A stretch of 64,000 nt of DNA from an uncultured delta proteobacterium (GTDB lineage: Bacteria; Desulfobacterota; Desulfobacteria; Desulfobacterales; B30-G6), in the NCBI GenBank assembly GCA_963823335.1, contig CAWGLD010000003.1, forward strand, positions 64,001 to 128,000. The letters are read 5' to 3'. Both the position numbers and the translations under genes were made by a program. Shown here piece after piece: positions 9,614-20,118 of the stretch. The notes beneath the pieces were generated by a model. It was given only the letters and a program-made list of their open reading frames with translations. It searched no databases and had not been told where the DNA came from. Within the stretch, counting starts at the first letter, position 1. Each line of letters begins with the position of its first letter.

Positions 9614-10789
9614 TCAAGCCACGATCCAGCCCCCGCCCAGAACTTCGTCTTTGTCGTAAAAAACAGCTGCCTGACCCGGTGTAATGGCGGATTGAGGTTT
9701 TTCAAAGTGAATAAGGGCTGCATGTTGGCCCAGGGGTGCAAGTTGAGACGGTGCGGCTTGGTGCCGATAACGTATGCGTGTCATCACGCTGATGGGTTGC
9801 GATGGTGGTCCATGAATCCACTGAATATCTTCCACACGGCTGGTATCTGAAAAAGCATCCTGCTTGAATCCTACTACCAGTCGATTTTTTTCAGCATCGA
9901 TGCGGATGACATAATAGGGTTCGGATGCCGGGATATTGATGCCCCGCCGCTGGCCAATGGTATAGTGATGAAGACCCTGATGTTCACCGATGACATGGCC
10001 GTAAATATCCTGGACAGGTCCTTTCTGGCTGTTGAATCCAGGTTGCTGCGCCAGAAATTCACCGTAGGTGCCGTCGTTGATGAAACAGATGTCCTGACTT
10101 TCCTTGGGAACCACAGGTCTTATACCCAACTTTCGGGACAGTGCAATGGTTTCTGCTTTGCTAAACGCTCCCAGGGGAAATACAGCCTTTGACAGCATCT
10201 GCTGGTTCAGTCTCGCCAGGAAATAAGACTGATCTTTTTTGTGATCTTTGCCGCACAAAAGGTGGAAAGTACCACTGCGGTCTTCTGTGACACGAGCATA
10301 ATGACCTGTCGCCAGATGGGAGGCGCCCTGTTTTGTCGCAAGTGCCAGACAGGCATTGAATTTAATGACTGGATTGCAGACCATGCAGGGATTCGGTGTG
10401 CGACCTTCCTGGTACGTGTGAACAAAATAATCTACGACAAGCGATTGAAACGCCTTACGGGCATCGAATATTTCAATGGGAATCTCTAATTGCTCGTGCA
10501 GACGAGAGACGATATTGACAGCGGCTTCCCTGGAATCGATGGCCGGAGTCGTTGAAGACGATTTTTTATCCGGGCGTCCGGTACTGGCTTGTGTTTGAGG
10601 CGCCTCTTCGTCGGCGACGGGAATCGTTCCACCGTGCGGCGTTGTTTCGCAGCGACCCAAATGAACCCTGTCTGATTCATACCCCGTAAAAAAATGGATT
10701 CCGAAAATGGCATGCCCCTGATCTTTGAGGATGCGTGCTGTGACCAGGGAATCGACGCCACCACTGAGCAGAACGGCAATTTTTTTCAT
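9614..10789 (-). CDS. mnmA: tRNA 2-thiouridine(34) synthase
   Basis: SGGVDS, TPNPCMVCN, ATGHYA, KDQSYFL, ESQDICF, YTIGQRRG, TPGQAAVFY; start at MKKIAV overlaps the upstream stop. Confidence 0.95.
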   Translation of the reverse strand: MKKIAVLLSGGVDSLVTARILKDQGHAIFGIHFFTGYESDRVHLGRCETTPHGGTIPVADEEAPQTQASTGRPDKKSSSTTPAIDSREAAVNIVSRLHEQLEIPIEIFDARKAFQSLVVDYFVHTYQEGRTPNPCMVCNPVIKFNACLALATKQGASHLATGHYARVTEDRSGTFHLLCGKDHKKDQSYFLARLNQQMLSKAVFPLGAFSKAETIALSRKLGIRPVVPKESQDICFINDGTYGEFLAQQPGFNSQKGPVQDIYGHVIGEHQGLHHYTIGQRRGINIPASEPYYVIRIDAEKNRLVVGFKQDAFSDTSRVEDIQWIHGPPSQPISVMTRIRYRHQAAPSQLAPLGQHAALIHFEKPQSAITPGQAAVFYDKDEVLGGGWIVA

Positions 10790-11214
10790 TCGAAAAAGAT
10801 TGTGTTGGTTGGACGAATCTGCATTGCACGCGTGGGGCAGGCCGGGACGCATAGTTCGCAGATACTGCATTTTTTCTGGTCAAATTCAACGCTCATTTCC
10901 GGCCGTACCACCGCCAATGCACCCGTGGGGCATACAGCCGTACACGCGCCGCAGTGGGTGCATTGTTTTGTGATGCGTTTTATTTCCTGGGATGCGTTCT
11001 GGACCTGGACCCCCATGTCTTTCAGATATTGGAGACCTTCAGAAAAATTCTTTTTGGGTCCGGTCAGTTCCAGAACCATGACGCCTTCTCTTTGGGGTAA
11101 AATGGCGGCATTCAGGATATTGAATGTCAGGTCATGGTTTTTGACCAGATTGCAGACGATGGGTTTTTCGACCACGGTTTTGGAAAATTTCAGTATGAGA
11201 ATCTTGGAATGCAC
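10786..11214 (-). CDS. NIL-domain 2x[4Fe-4S] ferredoxin
   Basis: FNILNA NIL motif plus two CxxCxxCxxxCP motifs. Confidence 0.9.
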   Translation of the reverse strand: MHSKILILKFSKTVVEKPIVCNLVKNHDLTFNILNAAILPQREGVMVLELTGPKKNFSEGLQYLKDMGVQVQNASQEIKRITKQCTHCGACTAVCPTGALAVVRPEMSVEFDQKKCSICELCVPACPTRAMQIRPTNTIFFE

Positions 11215-11303
11215 AGATACCTCCGAAAATTGATTTGCCCTAAATTGAGTGGGTTAACTGTTGGGCATGTTCAATTTAGGCTTTATTTTTTTTAAAATGC
11301 AGC

Positions 11304-11359
11304 ATAAAATCGTTTTGCGATTTTGTGGGACGCGACCTTGTCGCATTTTTACCGAAGCC
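11304..11359 (-). repeat. Repeat family D (two-hairpin ~55 bp element)
   Basis: Reverse complement GGCTTCGGTAAAAATGCGACAAGGTCGCGTCCCACAAAATCGCAAAACGATTTTAT aligns with 57417-57472 and 61312-61360. Confidence 0.75.
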
Positions 11360-11491
11360 CTTTTCAATTAAAATTACTCATTTCAATAAAAATCTAACCT
11401 GCTCAGCTGTAAGCAATCAGCCCGCTGCTTGCAGTTTTCATGTAGCAGTTATCAAGCTACTCTAAGGGTTATTTGGAGCAATGTCAACACA

Positions 11492-13645
11492 ATGAACCGC
11501 TTTGCCTACCGCACAACCGGACTGTTTGTGAAGGTGCTCGAAAACCTCTCCCGGGCTCATGTAAACCTGCATGGTACGGAAAACATTCCCGGCGGCAACA
11601 ACATTTTTGTGGTCAACCATTTTACGAGGATTGAGACATTTGTCTTGCCTACCCATCTTTTTCGATTGACACAGACACCCATCTGGTCTCTCGCGGCAGC
11701 TGAATTCTTCAAGGGTGCTTTTGGCAGTTATATGGACAACATCGGAGCAGTTTCAATAAAAAATCCGGATCGGGATCATTTGATAGTGAAAACGCTTCTC
11801 ACCGGCGAAGCCATGTGGATCATATTTCCGGAAGGCCGCATGGTCAAAAATAAAAAGATCATAGAAAAGGGACGCTTCATGATCTCTTCAGCCGGTGGAA
11901 AGCACCCACCACACACCGGTGCGGCCACACTGGCAATGCGTACCGAGTTTTACCGTCAGCGTCTTTTTGCCATGGACAAGTCAAACCCGCAAGAAGCCAG
12001 GCGTCTCCTAAATCTCTTTCGGATAAAATCCATGGCAGATGTTTCCAGGACTGGTACCCGGCTGGTACCCGTCAACATCACCTATTATCCGGTGAGGGCC
12101 AGAGAAAACGCCTTGAGCAATATCGCTAAAAGTCTGCTTGAAAATATATCCGAACGTTTGACCGAAGAGCTCATGACCGAAGGGCATATGCTACTGTCCG
12201 GTGTCGACATGGATATTCGTTTCGGGAAACCCATAGAGGTCGACGCATACCTGGACCAAGCAGTTATCCAGCAGGACATCCAGTCCAAGAGATCGTTTCA
12301 GTTCGATGACCTGTTGCCCTCAAAGGCAAAAATGCGTAAATCCGCTTTGCAAATCATGCAGCGATATATGACCGACATCTATGGTTTGACGACATTAAAC
12401 CATGATCACATCTTTGCATGCATGCTGAAACTATTTCCATTCAGCAGCATCAAGACACAGGACCTGAAAAGACGCGTTTTTCTGGCGGCATCTTCACCAC
12501 TCCAGAAGATGAACGTCCATTGTCACAGCAGCCTCAACGAAGATCAGGCCCACATGCTGGTGGATGATGAATACGGCAAGTACCGGGATTTCATCTCCCT
12601 GGCAAAGGAACAGGGCTTTGTCAGGGAGCAGGGCGACAGTCTGGTGAAACTTAACCCTATCGGTGCGGTGTTGAATTTTCACCTCGCGCGGGTTCAGAAC
12701 CTGGTTTCGGTGATCGCCAATGAGGTCGAGCCCTTGATCAAATTCCAACGATTTGTCCGGAAAATTGCATGGACGCCATCTTTTATTGTTCGCAGAAACG
12801 TTGTGCGCAGCCTTCTCAAGAAAGCCATGAATGAGTTCGCCACAGACTACAAGACCTTTTTTGTCGAAGGGGAAACCAAGGATCAGGCGGTGGGAAAGCC
12901 GGTCCTGTTCAAGGGCGGATCAAAGCGTGTCGGTATCGTTCTTTCCCATGGGTACATGGCGGCGCCTCTTGAAGTTGAGGGATTGGCCAAGTACCTTCAG
13001 CATAAGGGATACTGGGTTTATACACCGCGTCTGAAGGGGCACGGAACCTCCCCGGAAGATTTAGCGCAGCGAACATACAAGGACTGGCTCGCTTCTGTTG
13101 AAGAAGGCTATGCTTTGGTCAGCAGCATCTGTGAGAGGGTTGTTATCGGCGGTTTTTCAACGGGTGCGGGTCTGGCTCTCCATATCGCCGCCCGGGCAAA
13201 GAAATTATCCGGTGTGTTTGCCATTGCGGCACCTCTACGGCTTCAGGATCTCGGGGCGCGCTTTGCATCGACGCTGGATGTATGGAACCATCTGATGGAC
13301 AAAATCGCGAAAGGGGTTGCCAAAAAAGAATTTGTCAACAACACGCCTGAAAACCCGCATATCAATTATTTTCGAAACCCCATTTCAGGTGTCAGTGAAA
13401 TAGAGAAATTGATGGAATCCCTCTATCCTCTTTTGGAGAACATCACCGTGCCTGCCTTAATTGTTCAATCGGAGAACGACCCGGTTGTAAACCCGAAAGG
13501 ATCGCGAAAGATATTCAGGCGCCTGGGGTCGGTGGATAAAAGATATACCCTTTTCAACTTCGACCGGCATGGGATTCTCCTGGGTCAAGGGGCAGACAGG
13601 GTGTACCGGACCATCGCGGAGTTCATGGATCACCTGAGGGAGTAA
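11492..13645 (+). CDS. Glycerolipid acyltransferase / alpha-beta hydrolase fusion protein
   Basis: NHFTRIE, IFPEG and LVPVNITY acyltransferase blocks; C-terminal HG, GFSTG, DPVV and His esterase motifs. Confidence 0.85.
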   Translation: MNRFAYRTTGLFVKVLENLSRAHVNLHGTENIPGGNNIFVVNHFTRIETFVLPTHLFRLTQTPIWSLAAAEFFKGAFGSYMDNIGAVSIKNPDRDHLIVKTLLTGEAMWIIFPEGRMVKNKKIIEKGRFMISSAGGKHPPHTGAATLAMRTEFYRQRLFAMDKSNPQEARRLLNLFRIKSMADVSRTGTRLVPVNITYYPVRARENALSNIAKSLLENISERLTEELMTEGHMLLSGVDMDIRFGKPIEVDAYLDQAVIQQDIQSKRSFQFDDLLPSKAKMRKSALQIMQRYMTDIYGLTTLNHDHIFACMLKLFPFSSIKTQDLKRRVFLAASSPLQKMNVHCHSSLNEDQAHMLVDDEYGKYRDFISLAKEQGFVREQGDSLVKLNPIGAVLNFHLARVQNLVSVIANEVEPLIKFQRFVRKIAWTPSFIVRRNVVRSLLKKAMNEFATDYKTFFVEGETKDQAVGKPVLFKGGSKRVGIVLSHGYMAAPLEVEGLAKYLQHKGYWVYTPRLKGHGTSPEDLAQRTYKDWLASVEEGYALVSSICERVVIGGFSTGAGLALHIAARAKKLSGVFAIAAPLRLQDLGARFASTLDVWNHLMDKIAKGVAKKEFVNNTPENPHINYFRNPISGVSEIEKLMESLYPLLENITVPALIVQSENDPVVNPKGSRKIFRRLGSVDKRYTLFNFDRHGILLGQGADRVYRTIAEFMDHLRE

Positions 13646-13927
13646 CTGCCGGCGGGTCTTGCTCGAATCCACCATTTCGCCTCATTTTGGCAAAACCCGG
13701 AAGTTGGGTTGTTACGCACTGATAATCAATTTTTTTATTTCCTTTTGGGCTTGCACCGCCCCTTGGCAATACCTATACTTAAATCATCTGGATGTAGACG
13801 GGCCCAAGGGTTTTTTTGTCAGTTTAGGCCGAGCAATTTATGAAATTTGACGAAGAATGCCTTGTGCCAGAACCGATCGGGTACGTTAAACGGTTAACAC
13901 GATCCACATAAAAAGGAGAAAAGAAAT

Positions 13928-15010
13928 ATGCGAAAATTTGTGATGATGTTTCTACTGATAAGTGCATTGGCGGTGTGGGGTTTCGGCACGGCGGGTGCTG
14001 TTGAGATCATTACCGAAGATATGATTCGAGGTGAAATCTTGACCGAGGTCGATTTTATTAAAAATGCCGACAATTTTATTATCTTGTTCGATTCTTCCAA
14101 AACCATGCAGGAAACGCTTCCGGGCACGACCCAATCGAAGTTGGAAGTGGCCAAACAGATGTTAAGATTGAGAAATGAACTGCTGCCGGACCTGGGATTC
14201 AATGCCGGTCTGTACCTGTACACGAATCCGTTTAGGGCTGTTTACAGTGCGCAACGATATGATCGGGCACGCTTTCGCGAGGCCATCGATCAACTGCCCG
14301 ACGAAGCCAACGGGGGGACCGACCTGAAAAAAGCACTCGGCGAGCTGCGAACGATTATCGCAGGGCTATCCGGGAAGACTGTGGTGTTTCTTTTCAGTGA
14401 CGGCAAGCTTGTCATGAACACCGTCGGTAATATGCCCAAAGAGATTGCCAGACAAATTGCCGAAAAAAATGATGTTTCTTTCTATGTGATCAGCAGCGCT
14501 ACCGGCGAGGCCGAAAATAAACTTCTCGAGGCTGTCTCTTCTATCAATGCCAGTTCACGGGTCGTTCCAATTGAAGCATTTTTACGCAACCCAGGATACA
14601 TATCGGGGGCCTTGTTTGACATCGTGGAAACAGCAACCGTGAAGCTCAGTCTGGTTAAAAAAGTTGTAGGGTTTGTCATGGATGATATCCTGTTTGATTT
14701 TAACAGCGCGGACATCAAACCGGAATATGTCGCTCAGCTCGACAAACTGGGCCAATTTTTAAAGGCCAATCCGTCCGCTTTTGTCGCCATGGACGGCTAC
14801 ACGGACAGTGTCGGGTCTGAGGAAGCCAACCTGTGGGTGTCGCGGCACAGGGTCATGAGTGTGGCGGATTACCTGGTTGAACACTTTGACATCGATCCGC
14901 TGAGGATGGTGCCCATGTGGTATGGAGAACGCAACCCAACCGCTGACAACGGCAGGGCAGATGGACGTGCACTGAACCGACGTGTTGAAAGTGCCGTGGG
15001 CGGACTGTAA
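13928..15010 (+). CDS. vWA-domain OmpA-family protein
   Basis: Signal peptide, LFDSSKTM/GGTDL/FSDG MIDAS-like motifs, FDFNS...GYTD...NRRVE OmpA C-terminal domain. Confidence 0.88.
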   Translation: MRKFVMMFLLISALAVWGFGTAGAVEIITEDMIRGEILTEVDFIKNADNFIILFDSSKTMQETLPGTTQSKLEVAKQMLRLRNELLPDLGFNAGLYLYTNPFRAVYSAQRYDRARFREAIDQLPDEANGGTDLKKALGELRTIIAGLSGKTVVFLFSDGKLVMNTVGNMPKEIARQIAEKNDVSFYVISSATGEAENKLLEAVSSINASSRVVPIEAFLRNPGYISGALFDIVETATVKLSLVKKVVGFVMDDILFDFNSADIKPEYVAQLDKLGQFLKANPSAFVAMDGYTDSVGSEEANLWVSRHRVMSVADYLVEHFDIDPLRMVPMWYGERNPTADNGRADGRALNRRVESAVGGL

Positions 15011-15366
15011 GAAAACGCCCGGCAACCCAAGGCAGCGTCAGGTATCACCCTTTCCTGATTCTGCCGCCCAGATGATTCCCAACCGCTCCATTGGATGTCG
15101 TTTAATTTATGTGTTGGATAACCTGTTGCGGTTTAATGGAATACTGTATATGTTTAATATAAATGATGCTATTCGAAATGAAACATTTCAATATTCAATT
15201 AATTTCGGTATAGTACAGGGTGGTTTCAAGTTCAGGTTGTGATGCCTCGTGACCGAACCGAGCAGGATCGCGAGATATCCGGGCTAGGCTTTTGGGTGCC
15301 TTGTTTCAAATGAAAGTGGACGGAGTTGAGTGCTGCATATGAGACGGAATTGCAGGATTTTAAAAA

Positions 15367-16581
15367 ATGGCCCTGAAGAGCAAACCCTATAACATCGTCA
15401 TGTACTCGCATGACACCTACGGTCTTGGGCACATTCGGCGAACCATGGCCATCGCGTCTCAATTGCGAAACCCAAATACCAATGTCCTCATCCTGACGGG
15501 CTCACCCATTGTGGGCCGCTTTTCCTTCCCGGAACAGGTCGATTTTGTGCGCATCCCGGGAATGATAAAGAAAACCAATGAAGAATACCTGCCCTTGTCC
15601 ATCAAAATCAATGCCGGACATGCCCTGGATATCCGGAAAAAAATCATTATCGCAACGGTCAAAGCGTTTCAGCCCCATCTGTTTATCGTGGACAAAGAAC
15701 CCCTGGGTTTGAAAAAGGAAATATTGCCCACACTCAAATGGCTGCGGAAGTGCTGTCCCAATACACGCACGGTATTAGGGCTTCGGGACATCATGGATGA
15801 TGCCGAAACCGTAAAAGATAACTGGAATAAAAAGGGGATTTATCAAGCCCTGGACACCTATTACGGTGAAATATGGACCTATGGCATCCAGGATTTTTAT
15901 GATCCCATCAAAGAATACAGTATCCCTGAGAATATCAGTCGGAAAATTCTATTTACCGGCTATATACCCCGTGAGATCAAATCCAGAAAAGATGCCATAC
16001 GAGAGAGAAAAAGACACAAAATCAGAAAAGAAGACAAGTTGGTCGTTGTTACCACCGGTGGCGGGGGGGATGGTTATCCAGTGATGAATGCATATCTATC
16101 CATGCTGGAGCATAAGAGCTATGACATACCTTATCGAAGCATTCTGATCACAGGTCCTTTCATGCCTAAAGTCCAACGCAAAGAAATTTTTAAGCGATCC
16201 AAGAAACTGAACGTCAAGGTTTTCCATTTTTATCGACAAATGGAAAAAATTCTTGCAGCGGCAGACCTGGTGATCAGCATGGGAGGGTACAATACGGTCT
16301 GCGAGTTGATGAGCCAGAAAACGGTTTCACTTCTTATCCCCCGTGACACACCCCGCCTGGAACAAACCCTGCGCGCGCAATGCTTTACCCAGAGAAATCT
16401 GATGGACTACATTCCCTGGAAGCAGGTTTCTCCTGAACTGCTTCATGAAAAGGTCGACCATCTCATGCGAAAGCCGGAGATTTTCCAGGATGCCATGTCA
16501 AAATTCAAAATGACAGGCTTTGATATCATGCGTGAACGCATTCAGGAATTCAGAAAGCAGAATTGGGAGAACACTTGTTAA
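15367..16581 (+). CDS. Predicted GT-B glycosyltransferase (GT28 C-terminal-like)
   Basis: YSHDTYGLGHIRR, TTGGGGDG, SMGGYNT, EQ motifs. Confidence 0.85.
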   Translation: MALKSKPYNIVMYSHDTYGLGHIRRTMAIASQLRNPNTNVLILTGSPIVGRFSFPEQVDFVRIPGMIKKTNEEYLPLSIKINAGHALDIRKKIIIATVKAFQPHLFIVDKEPLGLKKEILPTLKWLRKCCPNTRTVLGLRDIMDDAETVKDNWNKKGIYQALDTYYGEIWTYGIQDFYDPIKEYSIPENISRKILFTGYIPREIKSRKDAIRERKRHKIRKEDKLVVVTTGGGGDGYPVMNAYLSMLEHKSYDIPYRSILITGPFMPKVQRKEIFKRSKKLNVKVFHFYRQMEKILAAADLVISMGGYNTVCELMSQKTVSLLIPRDTPRLEQTLRAQCFTQRNLMDYIPWKQVSPELLHEKVDHLMRKPEIFQDAMSKFKMTGFDIMRERIQEFRKQNWENTC

Positions 16582-16585
16582 AACC

Positions 16586-16626
16586 TGAACCGCAACAGCG
16601 AGCGCATTTCCCGTGACTTACTGCAA
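16586..16626 (-). repeat. Family A base-form partial copy
   Basis: TGAACCGCAACAGCGAGCGCATTTCCCGTGACTTACTGCAA. Confidence 0.65.
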
Positions 16627-16665
16627 GTTTAGCGAACGAATCATGATAATTCCGGCTTGAAAGCG

Positions 16666-17373
16666 CTATTCACTTTCAGTCACCATCAGCATGGTCGAAG
16701 GATCTATAATCAAGCCGGAAGTCGATATGTTTTCGCTCCCGCCTTTGGTGGCCTTAACATGGATATTCTTTCCCTCGGGCTGAAGCTGAAGTGTTACTTC
16801 GAACAAATCGTCGATCTCTGCAAGCTGGGGCGGAATTCCATCAGAGAGGGGCTCCTGGTGACGGTGTGTCCGGACCGAAAACCAGATACGGAGATCATGG
16901 ACCTCTGCAAAGGTTTTTAGCTGTTTCAGAGAGGTTTCGACATCTTCATCAAAGGGGAATCCATCGATCACGATCATGTCCGGGGAAAAAATGTTCTGCT
17001 CCGTGAGGTCGGCCAGGCGCTCTTCAAATTTGGGAACGCTGAAGCCCTCTACCTTGAAGGTCATGATGAATCGGTGGTGGAGTATGGATTCCCACAGCTG
17101 GTTGATCTGCTGGGCATTGTACTGATTTGCCAGATTGTGAAAAACTTCCTTGTACCACAAACTGACTTTGTTCACCGGATCACTCAGACTGACATGCAGA
17201 ACGTTTTTGCCCCGTAAGAGGGTTTCCAGAGACAACTGGACCATAATGGCGGTTTTGCCGACACCTGCCCGTGCCAGGACCGCACCAAAGCCACCCTTGG
17301 AAAGAATATCCTGATTTTCTTTTCCCAGGAGTCTTAGGGGGTTCCGAAGCGTGAGATCTTTTTTTAACATCAT
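16666..17373 (-). CDS. KaiC/RecA-superfamily ATPase-like protein
   Basis: Walker A ARAGVGKT, VLHVSL strand, degenerate Walker B IVIDG; AGGAG RBS before MMLKK. Confidence 0.75.
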   Translation of the reverse strand: MMLKKDLTLRNPLRLLGKENQDILSKGGFGAVLARAGVGKTAIMVQLSLETLLRGKNVLHVSLSDPVNKVSLWYKEVFHNLANQYNAQQINQLWESILHHRFIMTFKVEGFSVPKFEERLADLTEQNIFSPDMIVIDGFPFDEDVETSLKQLKTFAEVHDLRIWFSVRTHRHQEPLSDGIPPQLAEIDDLFEVTLQLQPEGKNIHVKATKGGSENISTSGLIIDPSTMLMVTESE

Positions 17374-17452
17374 AAAGCTCCTCTCCTTGAGGTTGATAAT
17401 ATTTTTACAGGGTGGAAGCCCATGACCTTTCAACCCGAAATTTGCACCAGCC

Positions 17453-19537
17453 CTAAGCAACGTTTTTTTTCTCTTCCTGGGCCTTTTTAATCAATTCTTC
17501 GGCAATGGATTGCGGTACCTGTTTGTAGTCTGAAAATTCCATGGTAAACTGCGCTTTTCCCTGTGTGGAGCTACGCAGTACCGTGGAGTATCCAAACATG
17601 TCCGCCAGGGGCACCCGTGCTTCGATAACGCACATGACCCCCTCATCCTGAGATCCCAGAATCATTCCTCGGCGCTGGTTCAGTGAGCCCATGACAGCAC
17701 CTTGAAATTCCGTCGGTGTTTCCACTACCACGGTCATGATCGGTTCCTGGATGACAGCCTTCGCCCTGGCGTAGCCTTCAAGAAAGGCTCCCCGTGCGGC
17801 TGCTTGAAAAGCCATTTCAGATGAATCCACCGCATGGGATGCACCATCGTTGATCAGCACCCGGATCCCGGTTACGGGTAGTTCCATTTTGGGCCCCTTA
17901 TCAAGACAGGCTCTGAATCCTTTTTCGCAGGCGGAGATAAACTGGGTGGGTATGGAGCCACCGGTTACTTTATTCTCGAATTCGAAATCATTCTCGGCTG
18001 TCGGTTCCAGGTAACCTGCAACCCGACCATACTGGCCTGAACCACCGGTCTGTTTCTTGTGGGTGTAATTGAATTCACCGCGCTGGGTAATGGTTTCCCG
18101 GTATGCAACCCGTGGCATGCCTGTTTCCACATTCGCATTGTACTCTCTTCGCATTCGTTCGATATAGACATCGAGATGAAGCTCCCCCATGCCCGATACA
18201 ATGGTGTCGCCTGTTTCATCGTTGACATAGGTTTTAAAGGTCGGATCTTCCTTGGTAAACCGATTGAGAGCTTTTGACATATTGTTTTGAGAAACTTTGT
18301 CTTTGGGAACAATGGCCAGCGAGATAACCGGCTCCGGAACATACATGGAGGTCATACTCAGATGCATTCCCTGAGCGGTAAACGTATCCCCTGAGGCACA
18401 CTCGATCCCAAAGAGGGCCCCGATATATCCGGCGGAGATGGTGTCGATGTCTTCCATTTGGTCGGCGTGCATACGAACCAGTCTGCCGACCTTTACCTTC
18501 TTGCCTGAACGGGCATTCACGATGGTACTCCCTTTGGATACAGATCCCTGATAGACGCGAATGTAAGTAAGCTGGCCGTATTTTCCATCTTCAAGTTTGA
18601 AAGCAAGCGCAACCAATGGTTTGCTTGAATCGGATACAAGGGTCACCACGTTTTCCGTGTTATCCATGTCCAGGGCCTGGTTTTCGATATCGGAAGGGCA
18701 GGGCAACAAATTGGTGACAGCATCCAGGAGGGGTTGCACACCTTTGTTTTTATAGGCTGAACCCATGAAGACCGGTGTCAGCTCACGGGTAAGCGTTCCT
18801 TTGCGGATAGCCCCTATGAGCAGGTCTTCTGTAACGTCGCCGTCTAGAGCGGCTTCCATGAGGTCATCTGAAAACATGGAGGCCGAGTCGATGAGTATTT
18901 CCCGCTTTTCTTCTGCCTCTGCCAGAAGAGCATCTGGTATGCTTTCCTCGCGGATCAGTTCGCCGTTATCACCGTCAAAGTAAAGGGCTTTCATGGACAC
19001 CAGGTCCACGACACCTTGCATGTCGGCTTCGAGACCTATGGGGATTTGCAAGGCAACGGCATTGTGACCCAGTTTTCTTTTGAGCTGTTCCATTACCCGG
19101 AACGGGTTTGCACCACTGCGATCACATTTGTTGATAAAGGCGATACAGGGAACTTTGTAGCGTTTCATCTGACGATCAACAGTGATAGACTGGGACTGGA
19201 CACCGCCCACTGAACACAAAACCAGGACTGCACCATCCAAGACCCGTAAGGATCGCTCGACCTCTATGGTAAAGTCGACATGCCCAGGCGTGTCGATGAT
19301 ATTGATCTGGTGATCGCGCCACTGGCAATAGGTGGCAGCCGAAGCAATGGTAATACCACGCTCTTTTTCAAGTTCCATGGAATCCATGGTGGCTCCGACA
19401 CCGTCTTTGCCCTTGACATCATGAATAGTATGGATCCTGTTGGTATAGAACAAGATTCTTTCCGTCAATGTTGTTTTGCCCGAATCGATATGGGCACTGA
19501 TACCGATATTGCGGACATTTGTTAAGCCGTTAATCAT
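17453..19537 (-). CDS. fusA: Elongation factor G (stand-alone copy)
   Basis: [53 protein letters not shown]. Confidence 0.97.
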   Translation of the reverse strand: MINGLTNVRNIGISAHIDSGKTTLTERILFYTNRIHTIHDVKGKDGVGATMDSMELEKERGITIASAATYCQWRDHQINIIDTPGHVDFTIEVERSLRVLDGAVLVLCSVGGVQSQSITVDRQMKRYKVPCIAFINKCDRSGANPFRVMEQLKRKLGHNAVALQIPIGLEADMQGVVDLVSMKALYFDGDNGELIREESIPDALLAEAEEKREILIDSASMFSDDLMEAALDGDVTEDLLIGAIRKGTLTRELTPVFMGSAYKNKGVQPLLDAVTNLLPCPSDIENQALDMDNTENVVTLVSDSSKPLVALAFKLEDGKYGQLTYIRVYQGSVSKGSTIVNARSGKKVKVGRLVRMHADQMEDIDTISAGYIGALFGIECASGDTFTAQGMHLSMTSMYVPEPVISLAIVPKDKVSQNNMSKALNRFTKEDPTFKTYVNDETGDTIVSGMGELHLDVYIERMRREYNANVETGMPRVAYRETITQRGEFNYTHKKQTGGSGQYGRVAGYLEPTAENDFEFENKVTGGSIPTQFISACEKGFRACLDKGPKMELPVTGIRVLINDGASHAVDSSEMAFQAAARGAFLEGYARAKAVIQEPIMTVVVETPTEFQGAVMGSLNQRRGMILGSQDEGVMCVIEARVPLADMFGYSTVLRSSTQGKAQFTMEFSDYKQVPQSIAEELIKKAQEEKKNVA

Positions 19538-19714
19538 TTTTTGTTCTTCCTTCTCAGAGGTTCCTCGACTGACCTATTTAAAACGTATATGCTTTTGAAA
19601 CACAAAAACACAAAAACACGAAAAAGTGATAAAATTTTCGTAGGTTCGATAACGGGTATCTATTTATTTGGGAAAATTCAGTGCAGGAAAACCCGGTCTG
19701 AAAGTCATAAAATA

Positions 19715-19739
19715 ACGCCATCTCTCTTAGAGATGGCGT
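19715..19739 (-). terminator. Hairpin with T-rich tail in the fusA leader (possible attenuator)
   Basis: Perfect 11 bp stem ACGCCATCTCT/AGAGATGGCGT, followed on the minus strand by TATTTTAT. Confidence 0.5.
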
Positions 19740-19763
19740 CATGATACCACAAAAAAGTGCACA

Positions 19764-19792
19764 AATATAGGGATGAGAATCGGTATTGTCAA
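19764..19792 (-). promoter_or_regulatory. Sigma-70-type promoter for fusA
   Basis: Minus strand TTGACA, 17 nt spacer, TATATT. Confidence 0.65.
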
Positions 19793-19861
19793 CATAAATT
19801 TTCATGTTCAACTATTCGTAACGTAGCATGAAACTCATATTTTAGGAAAATATCTATTCTC

Positions 19862-19936
19862 TGAACCGAAAAAGCGAGCGCATTCCCCGTAGGTTCTGCC
19901 GTTCGGCAGTGCTTCGCACGCTGCGAGGTTCTTCAA
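19862..19936 (-). repeat. Repeat family A copy
   Basis: TGAACCGAAAAAGCGAGCGCATTCCCCGTAGGTTCTGCCGTTCGGCAGTGCTTCGCACGCTGCGAGGTTCTTCAA. Confidence 0.92.
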
Positions 19937-20118
19937 TAACGGGCATGATAACTTATGAATAAAATCTGTTGAAGCGACCGTCAGTATTTACTATGTAAGC
20001 AAGGCAGGTTGAACGCCATTGCCCAACTTCTGGTTTTCACCTGAGAATGCTGCAGGGCGCTCTTCAATGTAGAAAAATGGGGCAGTAACCCATGAAAAAA
20101 GTGAGAGACACATAAACA

